DNA of 64,000 nucleotides from an uncultured Desulfarculus sp. (GTDB lineage: Bacteria > Desulfobacterota > Desulfarculia > Desulfarculales > Desulfarculaceae). The stretch is taken from positions 1,088,001 through 1,152,000 of the forward strand of contig CAXXUK010000001.1 in assembly GCA_963665125.2 (NCBI GenBank), given 5' to 3'. Position numbers and translations under genes: made by a program. Under the pieces are notes generated by a model. The model searched no databases. It was given only the letters and a program-made list of their open reading frames with translations, and had not been told where the DNA came from. This document shows, one piece after another, positions 38,841-48,603 of this stretch (position 1 is its first letter; each line of letters opens with the position of its first letter).

Positions 38841-38961
38841 GAATTCTCTGTTACCATGCTCCACGCTGCAATGGAAAGACCGGAGACAAGGTTTGTCCGA
38901 TATAATCAAATTTCCAGACAAGGGCCTGCCCGGCCGGGACAACGTGATCACCACCAAACCT

Positions 38962-39495
38962 ATGCGCCTGCGCTGGGGGGAGTGGCGCTCCAACAAAATT
39001 TTGCAGGTCCACGTGGGCGCGGCGGCCATATACGAGGACTTTCGCCAGGAGTGCATCGAGCAGGGCCATGATCCCGCGTCCCAGGTGCCCCCGGCCCATG
39101 AGCTCAGCGGAGGAATCCGGGAAACCGCCCTGGCCTTGTTGCGCTTTCGCAATAACGAGCAACAGCAGCGCCGCGCCTATTATCTGGCCGCCCTTCTCGA
39201 GGCCCTTATCACCGCCCCTTGCGCCATTTTACGCACCGACCTGATCAGAAGGGTTTACCGGGAGGTCGAAACCCTGTCCGATGAACTGGGCCTGCGCTGG
39301 TCAAGCCATTCCGGCCGGTTGATGCTGTTGCTGGAGCAGGACGCCAAGGACCCGGACATGATGAACAAGCGGCTGGAAAACATCGACAATCTCAGCCGAT
39401 TTTTCGATGAAATAAGGGATATATCCGGCAGCCGCTATCAAGCCTTGGCCACAAATTATATCCTGTACTACCCCAGATTCGTGGGCATCAACTAA
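38962..39495 (+). CDS. Hypothetical protein divergent from addB (start uncertain)
   Basis: Fills the gap between addB and the amidohydrolase; protein-like helical composition. Confidence 0.6.
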   Translation: MRLRWGEWRSNKILQVHVGAAAIYEDFRQECIEQGHDPASQVPPAHELSGGIRETALALLRFRNNEQQQRRAYYLAALLEALITAPCAILRTDLIRRVYREVETLSDELGLRWSSHSGRLMLLLEQDAKDPDMMNKRLENIDNLSRFFDEIRDISGSRYQALATNYILYYPRFVGIN

Positions 39496-40616
39496 AACGA
39501 CCGCCAACTCGGCGAGCACATGAGCAGCGGCTTTTGCCTGGGATCGGCGTCCAGGCCCAAAAACCAGGCCCTGGCACCCGGTCTTATCTCGCCCACTTCG
39601 CCTTCCAGGCCCAGCAACCTGGCCGCCCGGATGGTCGCCGCTTGGAAGATAACCAGAGGATCAAGACCCGATTCGACCCATAATTCCAGTTCGCGCCTGA
39701 CCGCGTGTTCATGGGGCAGCCCGTAGCTTCCAGCGTCGGTGCCCAACACCAGATCTACTCCCAGACTGTCGGCAGTGGTCAAATCGGCGATCTGCCGCCT
39801 GGCTATCTGGCGCAATACGGCCAAAGTGTCCGGGCCGTGACGTCCGTCATTGTCTTCATAATGGGTGGCTATGGGCGCTATGGTCGGCACCCAGCTGACG
39901 CCGCGCTGGGCCATCATCAGCCAGGTGGGCTCGTCCAGAAAATACCCGTGCTCCACGGACCGCACGCCGCAACGCACCGCCCTGCTCACGGCCTCGATGC
40001 CGCTGGCGTGGACGGCCACCGGCAAGCCGGCGTCGTCTGCTTCCCGCACCACGGCCGCCAGGCAGGCCTCATTTACGGCGTCCGGGTGTTCCACCTCGCC
40101 GGGCTGGTCAAAGCTCAACAGCCCGCTGACAAAGACCTTGACCAGGTCCACGCCGGAATTGGCTGTTTTACGGGCCTGGATTGCGAATTGCTCGGGTGTG
40201 TCGAGTTTGTGGGCCAGCCAGCAAGAGCCGGGACCGTTGATGCACAGGCCTGGTCCACTCACTTTGACCAGGGGAGCCCGGTTCTTTATCGCGGCGGGAG
40301 TGGCGTCAACCGGCCTGTTGCCCAGATCGCGCACGGCGGCGATGCCGGCACGGTGAAACTCTTCAAGGCTGTTGTTCAGGTTGGATCGCATCAAAAGATG
40401 CACATGGGCGTCTAGGGGCGCGGGGCTCAGCCAAAGATCAGGCAGCAGCAGGCGTTTGGCCCCAGAGGCCAGGGCCGCCTGACCCAAGGATTCGATCCGG
40501 CCCTTGTTGATCAGCACCGCGGCCGGGGCGTCATCAGCTATGTTTGCCCCGGCAAGGCCTTTGGCGACCAGGCATACGGGGCCTTTGGATAGTTCCGGTG
40601 GCGTTTCGTCAGGCAA
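39492..40616 (-). CDS. Amidohydrolase family metal-dependent hydrolase
   Basis: DAHVH, VAVHA, SVEHG, LGTDAG. Confidence 0.88.
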   Translation of the reverse strand: MPDETPPELSKGPVCLVAKGLAGANIADDAPAAVLINKGRIESLGQAALASGAKRLLLPDLWLSPAPLDAHVHLLMRSNLNNSLEEFHRAGIAAVRDLGNRPVDATPAAIKNRAPLVKVSGPGLCINGPGSCWLAHKLDTPEQFAIQARKTANSGVDLVKVFVSGLLSFDQPGEVEHPDAVNEACLAAVVREADDAGLPVAVHASGIEAVSRAVRCGVRSVEHGYFLDEPTWLMMAQRGVSWVPTIAPIATHYEDNDGRHGPDTLAVLRQIARRQIADLTTADSLGVDLVLGTDAGSYGLPHEHAVRRELELWVESGLDPLVIFQAATIRAARLLGLEGEVGEIRPGARAWFLGLDADPRQKPLLMCSPSWRSF

Positions 40617-41088
40617 GACGCTTCACCAGCCCGGCCACCAATGCGCCGTAGTTATCGCATTCGGCCAGGGCGCGTTCGTCCGGTTCGCCGATGGCCAGCG
40701 GGCCGAAATGGCCGCCCTTGCGTGAGCCCTGCACTACCATGCCGTGGATCATCAGACCGGCCAGAAGGCTGATCATGGTCAGTTCACCGCCGCCGCCGAT
40801 GCCGCCGGTGCTGCAAAACACGCCGCCGACCTTGCCAACGAGTTCACCCTTGCCAAAGAACTTGATCGACTCGTCGATGAATTTCTTGATCTCGGCAGCC
40901 ATTACGCCAAAGTAGCACGGCGAACCCAGGACAATGCCGTCGAATTCCGTCAGCCGGTTCTGGTCAAACTCGGTCACCTTGGCCACTTCCACTTCCACGC
41001 CGTTTTTCTCGGCTGCCAGGCCGATCGCCTCGGCCATCTTGCGGGTGTTGCCGCCATGGGAATAAAATGCCACCAACAATTTAGCCAT
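40609..41088 (-). CDS. Flavodoxin / WrbA-like protein
   Basis: YSHGGNTRKMA, GSPCYFG. Confidence 0.88.
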   Translation of the reverse strand: MAKLLVAFYSHGGNTRKMAEAIGLAAEKNGVEVEVAKVTEFDQNRLTEFDGIVLGSPCYFGVMAAEIKKFIDESIKFFGKGELVGKVGGVFCSTGGIGGGGELTMISLLAGLMIHGMVVQGSRKGGHFGPLAIGEPDERALAECDNYGALVAGLVKRLA

Positions 41089-41128
41089 TATTCAGACCTC
41101 GTCTAATGAATTGATGCCGCTTGGGAGT

Positions 41129-41446
41129 CTACTCGGTTGAGCTTTCACCATCCGGCAAGGCAGGTTCGTCATGGTGAGGCGGCAGCTGGGCTCCAGCCTT
41201 AACCGGAGGCAGCGCGTCACCCAAGGAAACCCGCACGCCGCCGTTGACGATGCCGCCCAGCTCGATGGAAAGGGAGCGGCAGGTCACATTGCCCTGAATC
41301 CAGCCCGTGGATTTTACGATAACGCGGTTGCCCATGAGGTTCCCTTCGAGGCCGCCTTCGACAATAAGAATGTCATCACTGAAGATATCGCCTCGAAAAT
41401 ATGTTCCGCCGGCCAAGATGGTCAACTTGTTGCCCTTGCCGCCCAA
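41129..41446 (-). CDS. Bactofilin (CcmA-like cytoskeletal protein)
   Basis: TILAGGTYFRGDI...VEGGLEGN...GWIQGNV...LSIELGGIVNGGV beta-helix pattern. Confidence 0.85.
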   Translation of the reverse strand: MGGKGNKLTILAGGTYFRGDIFSDDILIVEGGLEGNLMGNRVIVKSTGWIQGNVTCRSLSIELGGIVNGGVRVSLGDALPPVKAGAQLPPHHDEPALPDGESSTE

Positions 41447-43243
41447 TTAGTTACCTCCCAGATCCAGGCCAACAGCTCCGATTGCCTGGTCATTGCGCAT
41501 TACCAGTAGGCGAACGTTATTCGTGCCGGGTTTGATCGCTTCTTGTACTTCTTTTGCAGACGGATCAACGCAACTTTCCTGCAGATCGATTTTTTGACCG
41601 CCGCATTCCAAAACAAGCCGCAGGTGGCCTGCTTGGTTTACGTTGGTCTTCACATCGATTATTTGCAGTCTTCCGCTTTTGTCCGCGGAGATTGTTTCGC
41701 CGTTAAAATACACCATCTTGGGCCCGTTGCCCTGGCTGACGACCAGGTAATCCATGGTGGCGGGAACGACCTCAACCTGGATTTCGCCAATTTTGCTGCC
41801 GTTTTTTTTGGCGATGACCTGATAGCATTCCATACCTTTGGGAGACGAAGATCCGCAACGGGAGAATCTTGGCAGCAGATCTTGCGATGTGTTGATCCTA
41901 TAACCCCGGTCCTCCCCGGTATTACTGCCTCCGGCCGGCACAAATCCCTTAAAGTTGACTTCAAGGCCGCGCTGGTCGTCAAGATTGCTGATCAGGTCCA
42001 CGATAATCAGTTCGTCGCCTTTGACCAGACGTACACGCTCTCCATCGGCCACCATTGTCCGCTGGCCCATGGCCTCCACGAGAAAGTAAAGGCGTTTTGC
42101 CTTGATGCCGGGGCTTTCACCGGCCAGCTGTTTGTCGGGCACAATGCTCACCTGGCCGATTTTCTGGTAGTCCTTGCGAATGACTATTTGGGTCGGCTTG
42201 TCTATGGTGAAGCAATGCCGCAAATCGCTGACAGAGCCCATGCCCACCACATCGCAGGAAAGTCCCCTTTCCCTGTTCGCCTCAATGTGCAAGACGCTGA
42301 TTTTGTCGCCGGGTGCGACATTTAATGTGGAATCCTTGGTGGCGACCACGGGCAAGGCGTCGTTAATGCTGATAACCAGATATTTGAACTGGGGCGTCTC
42401 AACATAAACGCCGGGGTGCATGACCTCAATGCCAAGTTCTTCCATGAACGCGTTGATTGCCAGGTTGTGATGGCGCACCTTCATGGCCACGTTGGGCAGT
42501 GATTTGCTGGTTTCGACCCCAAAGGCGGGAATGCCGCATTGGCTGAGGGCATAATAGGTTGCGCTACGCCTTTGCTCCTTATGCATGGAATCCACGTTTG
42601 CCGTGCGGTGGTTGTTGAACGACAGGTGGTAACGTTTGTCCTTGATCTGCGGGTTAACCTTGGCCAGGACGCGTTCGGCCATGGACTTCATGTTTATGGT
42701 ACTGCCGTCGGCCTTGGTGAAAACCGCGGTGTCGGCGATCAGGGATTGGCCGTAGCGCTTGGGGTTGGCCATGGGGCCTTCCCAGGTTGGGCGGTAAAAT
42801 CCGCTGCCGTCGTGAAGGTTGAGAAACAAGTCGCTTTCGGCTATCAACCCCTTGAGAACCTGGACGATTTTCTTGTGCCGTTTGGCGGTTACCGGATCGC
42901 CGAATTGCCGGTTCATATCGCCGTCCGGGCCACGGTGCTTCATTATTATTGAAAAGAAATTGGCCCTGGGCACCACAATCAAATTGCCTTTGGCCAGGGA
43001 TATGTCGGCATACAGGTCGGCGGACATAAAGCCGCCAGGTTCGTCTCCCTGAATGCCGCCGATTATCATCAGGGTGTTGCCGTCTTCGGCTCCGTAGACG
43101 CGGTAAACGTTGAGTTCATCCGGGGTATGGGCAAAATAGGTAATGTGCTGGCGGTGAGGCCGCTGGATGCCGCTGGCCAAAACAGGCAACGCCGAAAAGG
43201 CGGCAATGGCGAAAAACGCCAGTATGATCCTTAGGGCTTTCAC
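41447..43243 (-). CDS. M99 (Csd4/Pgp1-like) peptidoglycan DL-carboxypeptidase
   Basis: Signal peptide; GGIQGDEPGG, GDMNRQF, LNLHDGSGFYRP, NPKRYG, ETSKSLP. Confidence 0.85.
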   Translation of the reverse strand: MKALRIILAFFAIAAFSALPVLASGIQRPHRQHITYFAHTPDELNVYRVYGAEDGNTLMIIGGIQGDEPGGFMSADLYADISLAKGNLIVVPRANFFSIIMKHRGPDGDMNRQFGDPVTAKRHKKIVQVLKGLIAESDLFLNLHDGSGFYRPTWEGPMANPKRYGQSLIADTAVFTKADGSTINMKSMAERVLAKVNPQIKDKRYHLSFNNHRTANVDSMHKEQRRSATYYALSQCGIPAFGVETSKSLPNVAMKVRHHNLAINAFMEELGIEVMHPGVYVETPQFKYLVISINDALPVVATKDSTLNVAPGDKISVLHIEANRERGLSCDVVGMGSVSDLRHCFTIDKPTQIVIRKDYQKIGQVSIVPDKQLAGESPGIKAKRLYFLVEAMGQRTMVADGERVRLVKGDELIIVDLISNLDDQRGLEVNFKGFVPAGGSNTGEDRGYRINTSQDLLPRFSRCGSSSPKGMECYQVIAKKNGSKIGEIQVEVVPATMDYLVVSQGNGPKMVYFNGETISADKSGRLQIIDVKTNVNQAGHLRLVLECGGQKIDLQESCVDPSAKEVQEAIKPGTNNVRLLVMRNDQAIGAVGLDLGGN

Positions 43244-44124
43244 TATTGGGTTCCCGTCGGTGTTGCAACCGATGTGGAAGGCGGAGATCCGACCGTCGCC
43301 TGAGGTTGGACATCCGTCGTGGCCGCTTCGGTCGGTTGCGGTTCGGGCGTTGTCTCCTCGGTTGGCGCGGCTGTCGGCAAGGGCTTTACTCGCACGGATT
43401 GATCGAAGACCAGGAGCACTTGTCCCCGCCGGGAATAAACCACGAACTCCAGCCTTTCGGGGGTCTTGCCTTCGACATTGAACCGCGCCGCGATGCGCCG
43501 GAAGCGATGAACGGCAAAGGGCATGCCCCGCCTGTAACCTACCGGCCTGCCCTGGGCGTTCAAACGCATGGGCGGGCTTGCCTCCAGCCGCGGCTTGCCG
43601 TCCTTGATGGAATGTAAAATAAGCGAAACATAGCCCTCGGCTCTATTGCCGTCGCCCATCTGATTGGTGACGTCATAATTGACCAGTAATTCGTTTCCTT
43701 CGTAGCTCTGGTCAATTCTGTCTATGCTTACTACTTCAGAAGTCCTGGGGCTTTCTTCCTGTTGAACAGCGGGGGTCGGTTCCGCCTGGGGCGGCTTTTC
43801 TCCGGTTTCCAGGGAGGCCACCACCGGCGTTTCCTCGCGTTGCGGGGTTGTTACGCTTGCCTTGGCCTGGGCCTCCTCTTGAGCGATGATTTCACGTGTC
43901 TCCTGTTCCTGGGCGAGGTACTCAAGACGCTCTACGCGCAGCATCAGAAGGTTTATGCCCTCGCCGAATTCGGCCAGCACCTTGCTTTGCTGTAAAAACA
44001 GGTAGCCTCCGCCGGCAAGCGCAAGCATCATGACCAACAGCAGCATGATGAACAGGCCGATAATCCAAGACCCAAGTCTGATGGGCTGGACCGGGCCGGA
44101 TTTGCGAACCATCAGTATTTCCAT
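43243..44124 (-). CDS. Single-TM coiled-coil protein with Pro/Thr/Glu-rich linkers
   Basis: N-terminal TM, coiled coil, globular C-terminal domain; 1-nt overlap with the M99 gene. Confidence 0.75.
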   Translation of the reverse strand: MEILMVRKSGPVQPIRLGSWIIGLFIMLLLVMMLALAGGGYLFLQQSKVLAEFGEGINLLMLRVERLEYLAQEQETREIIAQEEAQAKASVTTPQREETPVVASLETGEKPPQAEPTPAVQQEESPRTSEVVSIDRIDQSYEGNELLVNYDVTNQMGDGNRAEGYVSLILHSIKDGKPRLEASPPMRLNAQGRPVGYRRGMPFAVHRFRRIAARFNVEGKTPERLEFVVYSRRGQVLLVFDQSVRVKPLPTAAPTEETTPEPQPTEAATTDVQPQATVGSPPSTSVATPTGTQ

Positions 44125-44166
44125 TCTTTTTTATCCACCTCACCCATGCAGCGTCGGGAAGCAGTA

Positions 44167-45576
44167 TCAGGAGTTGGGGGGCGCGTTGCAGGCGGCTTCT
44201 TGGACAGGCTCCATTGCCGTCCATTCCTCGCCAAGAATTTGCCAACGGCCCTTTCTTTTTACTAGCGACATGGTCTTTTTGCCCACGTCAGTGTGCCAGT
44301 CGGATTTGTAGTATTGGGTGAATATGACGGTTGCCGAATCTCCATCTATCGAGATTTTGATATCTTTGGCATGTATTTTCAGGTTTTTATATACTTTGTT
44401 CAGATGAGCCTTTTTTTGTTGCCAAGCCCTTTTGTTCAAGCCGTCCGACTTGAAATCGCTGGCGTAAAACGACATGTAATACTTGAGTTTTTTGTTTTGC
44501 CAGGCAGCCAGCCAATCTTGAAGCATGCCTTTTATCTGGTCTTCGGGGCTTACCTCTACGGCCTGCGGCTTGGCTGTATCGGCGGCCGGGGGAGCCTTGA
44601 CAGGCGCCACGCTGGCCACGGTTGTGTGGGACGGCAGCCAACTGGCGAGCATTTTAGCGCTTTTTATGTCATCCAAAAGCCATTGGCTGCGCACAAGAGC
44701 CAGTGTTTGCGGCGAGTCGCCGGTGAAGTACATTCTCCGCAGGGCTCTGACGGACTGCCGTTTTGAGGCGCTGAGTTTGAGGTTTGTCAATACGACCCAT
44801 TGTTTGCCCGCCCGCCAGAGGGCGGTGCCGACGACTTCGGTCTTCACATCGGCAATATTGTTTTCATCAAAAGCCGCCAGTTTTTCCGCGAGGGTTTTCG
44901 CGCCTTTGTAAATGCCTTTGCCTTGCCGCAGTGCCAAGTCGTGCCCTGGCGATTCGCCGCCGGTGGCCATATTGTTTGAACGCAGTTCCTGCAGGAATTG
45001 ACAGGCGGATTCACGCTCCTTGTGAGTCGGGAGCTGGAAATGATTGAGGATCAGAACTGGGGTTGATTGGTCTCTGATGACCGGACCAATGCGGCCGAGA
45101 TCCCCGTTGGCAAGGGTGACGCAGCCGTTGCTGGAGCGTGGTTTGAGCTTTTTGTTGGTGCCGTGGATATAGATGCCGTCGCCCATGCGGCCCTGCAACC
45201 GGTCTATTGCGTTGGGATAATCAAGGTGCAGAGCCCTGTCACCGAAAATGGTCACCTTGTTGTCCAGGTAGCGGTGGGTAATGAAGTAGACTCCTTCCGG
45301 CGTCTTTTCATCTCCGGCAATGGTTTTGTTGCCTTGACGTTCACCCGTGCCGCATGGGTATTCATCCACCAAGACAAGATCACCGACATACATGAAAACC
45401 AGGGTCCTCTGCATTTGCTTGTCGACAATGACCAAACGGTGGTCTTCGATTTCACCCTGATAACAAAAAACGAACGAGCCTGTTTCTTCCTGGGCCCGAA
45501 CCAGGCCGACGCTCGTCGTCATGACAACGAACGCCATTATAAGGCTGGCGGCAAAATGAACCCATTTATTAGCCAT
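44167..45576 (-). CDS. YkuD catalytic domain plus NTF2-like domain (Csd6/Pgp2-like LD-carboxypeptidase or transpeptidase)
   Basis: GDEKTPEGVY, LDYPN, GIYIHG...SNGC; C-terminal WLAAWQ...YMSFYA...WQILGE. Confidence 0.85.
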   Translation of the reverse strand: MANKWVHFAASLIMAFVVMTTSVGLVRAQEETGSFVFCYQGEIEDHRLVIVDKQMQRTLVFMYVGDLVLVDEYPCGTGERQGNKTIAGDEKTPEGVYFITHRYLDNKVTIFGDRALHLDYPNAIDRLQGRMGDGIYIHGTNKKLKPRSSNGCVTLANGDLGRIGPVIRDQSTPVLILNHFQLPTHKERESACQFLQELRSNNMATGGESPGHDLALRQGKGIYKGAKTLAEKLAAFDENNIADVKTEVVGTALWRAGKQWVVLTNLKLSASKRQSVRALRRMYFTGDSPQTLALVRSQWLLDDIKSAKMLASWLPSHTTVASVAPVKAPPAADTAKPQAVEVSPEDQIKGMLQDWLAAWQNKKLKYYMSFYASDFKSDGLNKRAWQQKKAHLNKVYKNLKIHAKDIKISIDGDSATVIFTQYYKSDWHTDVGKKTMSLVKRKGRWQILGEEWTAMEPVQEAACNAPPNS

Positions 45577-45879
45577 GGTGCTTAATCTTGATGTGAGATT
45601 GTGTGATGATGAGTCCATATAAGTGTTCAATAGCATAAGGCGTCATCAAACAAAAGGTTCTTGGTCCTTTAACGGCATTTCCCTGTTGGATTGCACCCTG
45701 CTCTTGCCTAAAAGTATCACGGTGCGGCAAAACCGTTATACTCCGTTTCTTCCCTCGAAACTTGATACCACAAGATGATGGGTAGGGGCAATCAATAAAA
45801 CACAACTCCAAGGGAGGACCATGTTCGGCTCCGAGTTGCCGTTATGAGTATTTGTGGCCTATGTCGGCCCAAAAAACCG

Positions 45880-45938
45880 TTGACAGATCCGATTGTAGCG
45901 TGATAGTTTTCGCAACCACTGAATGACAATTCATTCAG
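45880..45938 (+). promoter_or_regulatory. Sigma-70-type promoter with downstream FadR(YsiA)-box-like operator
   Basis: TTGACA at 45880 and GATAGT at 45902; palindrome CTGAATGA-CAAT-TCATTCAG at 45919-45938. Confidence 0.72.
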
Positions 45939-46044
45939 ATATCGTTAGCCGACCAGGGCCGACCCCAAAAAACTCTGGCCTCGGAGACGTGGGACGTCTT
46001 CGCGGCCCGATGATTTCTAGCTGCCCTTCAAGGAGGTTATTAAC

Positions 46045-48477
46045 ATGTCCCTCGAAATTAAAAAAGTGGGCGTCATTGGCGCCGGCGTCATGGGCGCCAC
46101 CATCGCCGCTCACATGGCCGGTGTGGGTATCCCCACAGTCCTGCTGGACATCGTCCCGCCCAAAATGCCTGACGATCTGGCCAAAAAAGGTGTAAAGGAG
46201 GACTCCAAGCAGTTCCGTAACCTCTTCGCGGCCAAGGGCCTCGAAGGCGTAAAAAAAAGCCGTCCTGCTTCCTTCTATACTCCCTCAGATGCCGAATTGA
46301 TCACCATCGGCAACCTGGAAGACGACTTTGATCAGTTGGCCGACTGCGACTGGATCGTTGAGGTTGTCGTCGAGCTTCTCAAGATCAAGCAGGACCTTCT
46401 GTCCCGCATCGAAAAGGTCGTCAAGCCCACGGCGATCGTAACCACCAACACCAGCGGCATCTCCGTTGGCGCCATGAGCGCTCATTGCAGCGAAGCTTTC
46501 CAGAAGCGCTTCTTCGGCACCCACTACTTCAACCCCCCCCGCTACATGAAGCTTTTCGAGCTTATCCCCGGGCCCAAGACCGACAAGGCCCTGTTGGATG
46601 ACATGGCGAAATTCGCCGAAGATAAGCTGGGCAAGGGCGTGGTCTGGGCCAAGGACACCCCCAACTTCATAGCCAACCGTATCGGCAGCTTTGCCGGCAA
46701 CTACATCAACCAGCTCATCGACGAGATGGACCTGAGCTTCGAGGAAGCCGACGCCCTGACCGGTCCGGTCATCGGCCACCCGAAGATGGCCACGTACAAG
46801 CTGGCTGACCTGGTGGGCCTCGACACCATGGCTCACGTTGCCGATAACGTCTACGATGGCGCTCCCGACGACGAGAAGCGCGACGTCTTTAAAGCCACTG
46901 AGTGGATTACGAAGATGGTCGAAAACAAGCTGCTTGGCATGAAGACCAAGGGCGGCTTCTACAAGAAAGACAAGGTGGGCGGCAAAAAGGTGAGCCTGGT
47001 GCTTGACCGCAAGACCATGGAATACCGCGAGCCCATCAAGCCCGAATTCGAAGGCCTGACCGCCGCCAAGGGCGCAAAGGGACTGGCCGAGAAGATGAAG
47101 ACCCTGTACTACGGCACCGACAAGGCCGCCGAGTTCAGCTTCAAATCTCAAAGCGAAATCCTGATCTACTCCGCCAATCGCGTTCCCGAGATCGCCGACG
47201 ACGTGGTCAACATCGACAACGCCATGAAGTGGGGCTTCAACTGGCAGACCGGCCCGTTCGAGACCTGGGACGCCCTTGGTGTTGAAGAATCCGTGGCCAA
47301 GATGAAGGCCGCCGGCATGACCGTTCCCGCCTGGGTCGAGGAAATGCTGGCCGCCGGTTGCAAGACCTTCTATAAGAAGGAAACCGGCAAGCTGATGTAC
47401 TACGATGTGGCCAGCAAGTCCTACAAGGACGTGCCCGTAAGCCCCAACCTGATTCTGCTGCCCTCCCTGAAGGAACAGAACAAGGTCGTTGCCAGCAACA
47501 GCGAAGCCTCGGTCATCGACATGGGCGACGGCGTTGCCTGCCTCGAGTTCCATAGCAAGATGAACGCCTTGGGCGACGACATGGTCTCGATGATCAGCCA
47601 GGCCTGTGACATTGTCATGGAAAAATTCGACGGCATGGTCATCGCCAACAACGGCACGGCCTTCTGCGCCGGCGCCAACATCTTCTTCGTCCTGGCCGGG
47701 GCCATGGAAGGCAAGTTCGATCTGATCGAACAAGGCGTCAAGACCCTGCAGGACGCCATGATGAAGATGAAGTACCTGCCCAAGCCGGTGGTTGCCGCTC
47801 CGCACGCCATGGCTCTTGGCGGTGGCTGCGAAGTCTGCCTGCACTCCGACAAGATCGTGGGCGCGGCCGAGACCTACGCCGGTTTGGTAGAAGTCGGCGT
47901 CGGCCTGATCCCCGCCGGCGGCGGCACCAAGGAACTGCTGATCCGCAACTCCCACGAAAGAGTGTTCCCGGTTGCCAAGGGCGGCCTGGTTTCCAAGCAA
48001 ATTTGGCTGCTGCCCTTCATCGCCCGGGCCTTCCAGAACATCGCCACCGCGCAGGTCGGCACCAGCTTCCGTGAAGCCCAGGCCATGGGTACTTTCCGGT
48101 CCACCGACGTGATGGTTCCCAACGCCGACTTCCGGTTCAAAAAGGCCAAGGACATGGTTCTGGCCATGAACATGGTCGGTTACGAGCCGCCCAAGCCCGT
48201 CAACAATATCCGGGTGATGGGCCGCGACACCCTGGCGGTGTTCAAATACGCGCTGTACAACATGAACAAGGCCGGCTACGCCAGCGACTACGACGTGGTC
48301 GTGGGCACCGAAGTCGCCCGCATCCTGACCGGCGGCGATGTGTTGGCCGACACCTTCGTGACCGAGCAGCACCTGCTGGATCTGGAACGCGAGTCGTTCG
48401 TCCGCCTGTGCGGCAACAAGCAGACCCAGGATCGTATGGAGCACATGCTCAAAACCGGTAAGCCGCTACGCAACTAG
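46045..48477 (+). CDS. fadN: 3-hydroxyacyl-CoA dehydrogenase / enoyl-CoA hydratase (FadN-type)
   Basis: GAGVMGATIA, TNTSG, HYFNPPRY, FHSKMN, ALGGGCE, TGKPLRN end. Confidence 0.9.
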   Translation: MSLEIKKVGVIGAGVMGATIAAHMAGVGIPTVLLDIVPPKMPDDLAKKGVKEDSKQFRNLFAAKGLEGVKKSRPASFYTPSDAELITIGNLEDDFDQLADCDWIVEVVVELLKIKQDLLSRIEKVVKPTAIVTTNTSGISVGAMSAHCSEAFQKRFFGTHYFNPPRYMKLFELIPGPKTDKALLDDMAKFAEDKLGKGVVWAKDTPNFIANRIGSFAGNYINQLIDEMDLSFEEADALTGPVIGHPKMATYKLADLVGLDTMAHVADNVYDGAPDDEKRDVFKATEWITKMVENKLLGMKTKGGFYKKDKVGGKKVSLVLDRKTMEYREPIKPEFEGLTAAKGAKGLAEKMKTLYYGTDKAAEFSFKSQSEILIYSANRVPEIADDVVNIDNAMKWGFNWQTGPFETWDALGVEESVAKMKAAGMTVPAWVEEMLAAGCKTFYKKETGKLMYYDVASKSYKDVPVSPNLILLPSLKEQNKVVASNSEASVIDMGDGVACLEFHSKMNALGDDMVSMISQACDIVMEKFDGMVIANNGTAFCAGANIFFVLAGAMEGKFDLIEQGVKTLQDAMMKMKYLPKPVVAAPHAMALGGGCEVCLHSDKIVGAAETYAGLVEVGVGLIPAGGGTKELLIRNSHERVFPVAKGGLVSKQIWLLPFIARAFQNIATAQVGTSFREAQAMGTFRSTDVMVPNADFRFKKAKDMVLAMNMVGYEPPKPVNNIRVMGRDTLAVFKYALYNMNKAGYASDYDVVVGTEVARILTGGDVLADTFVTEQHLLDLERESFVRLCGNKQTQDRMEHMLKTGKPLRN

Positions 48478-48603
48478 GTCTTTTTGGTGAAAAAAGGACA
48501 GGAGAAGGGATCTCAAGCTGATTCTCCAATGCGGGCACCGATACGGTTAACCCCTTCTCCTGTTCAATATATATTACCTGGAAGGTAATTTAGGAGGATT
48601 CCA

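Noticed and set aside
38841..39152. N-terminal extension of AddB
   Set aside because: Overlaps the divergent plus-strand gene; ATG 38840 is more plausible.
46285..48444. 719-aa antisense ORF (also 14917-16377, 8811-9641 and similar)
   Set aside because: Shadow ORFs opposite strongly codon-biased genes; no recognisable motifs.
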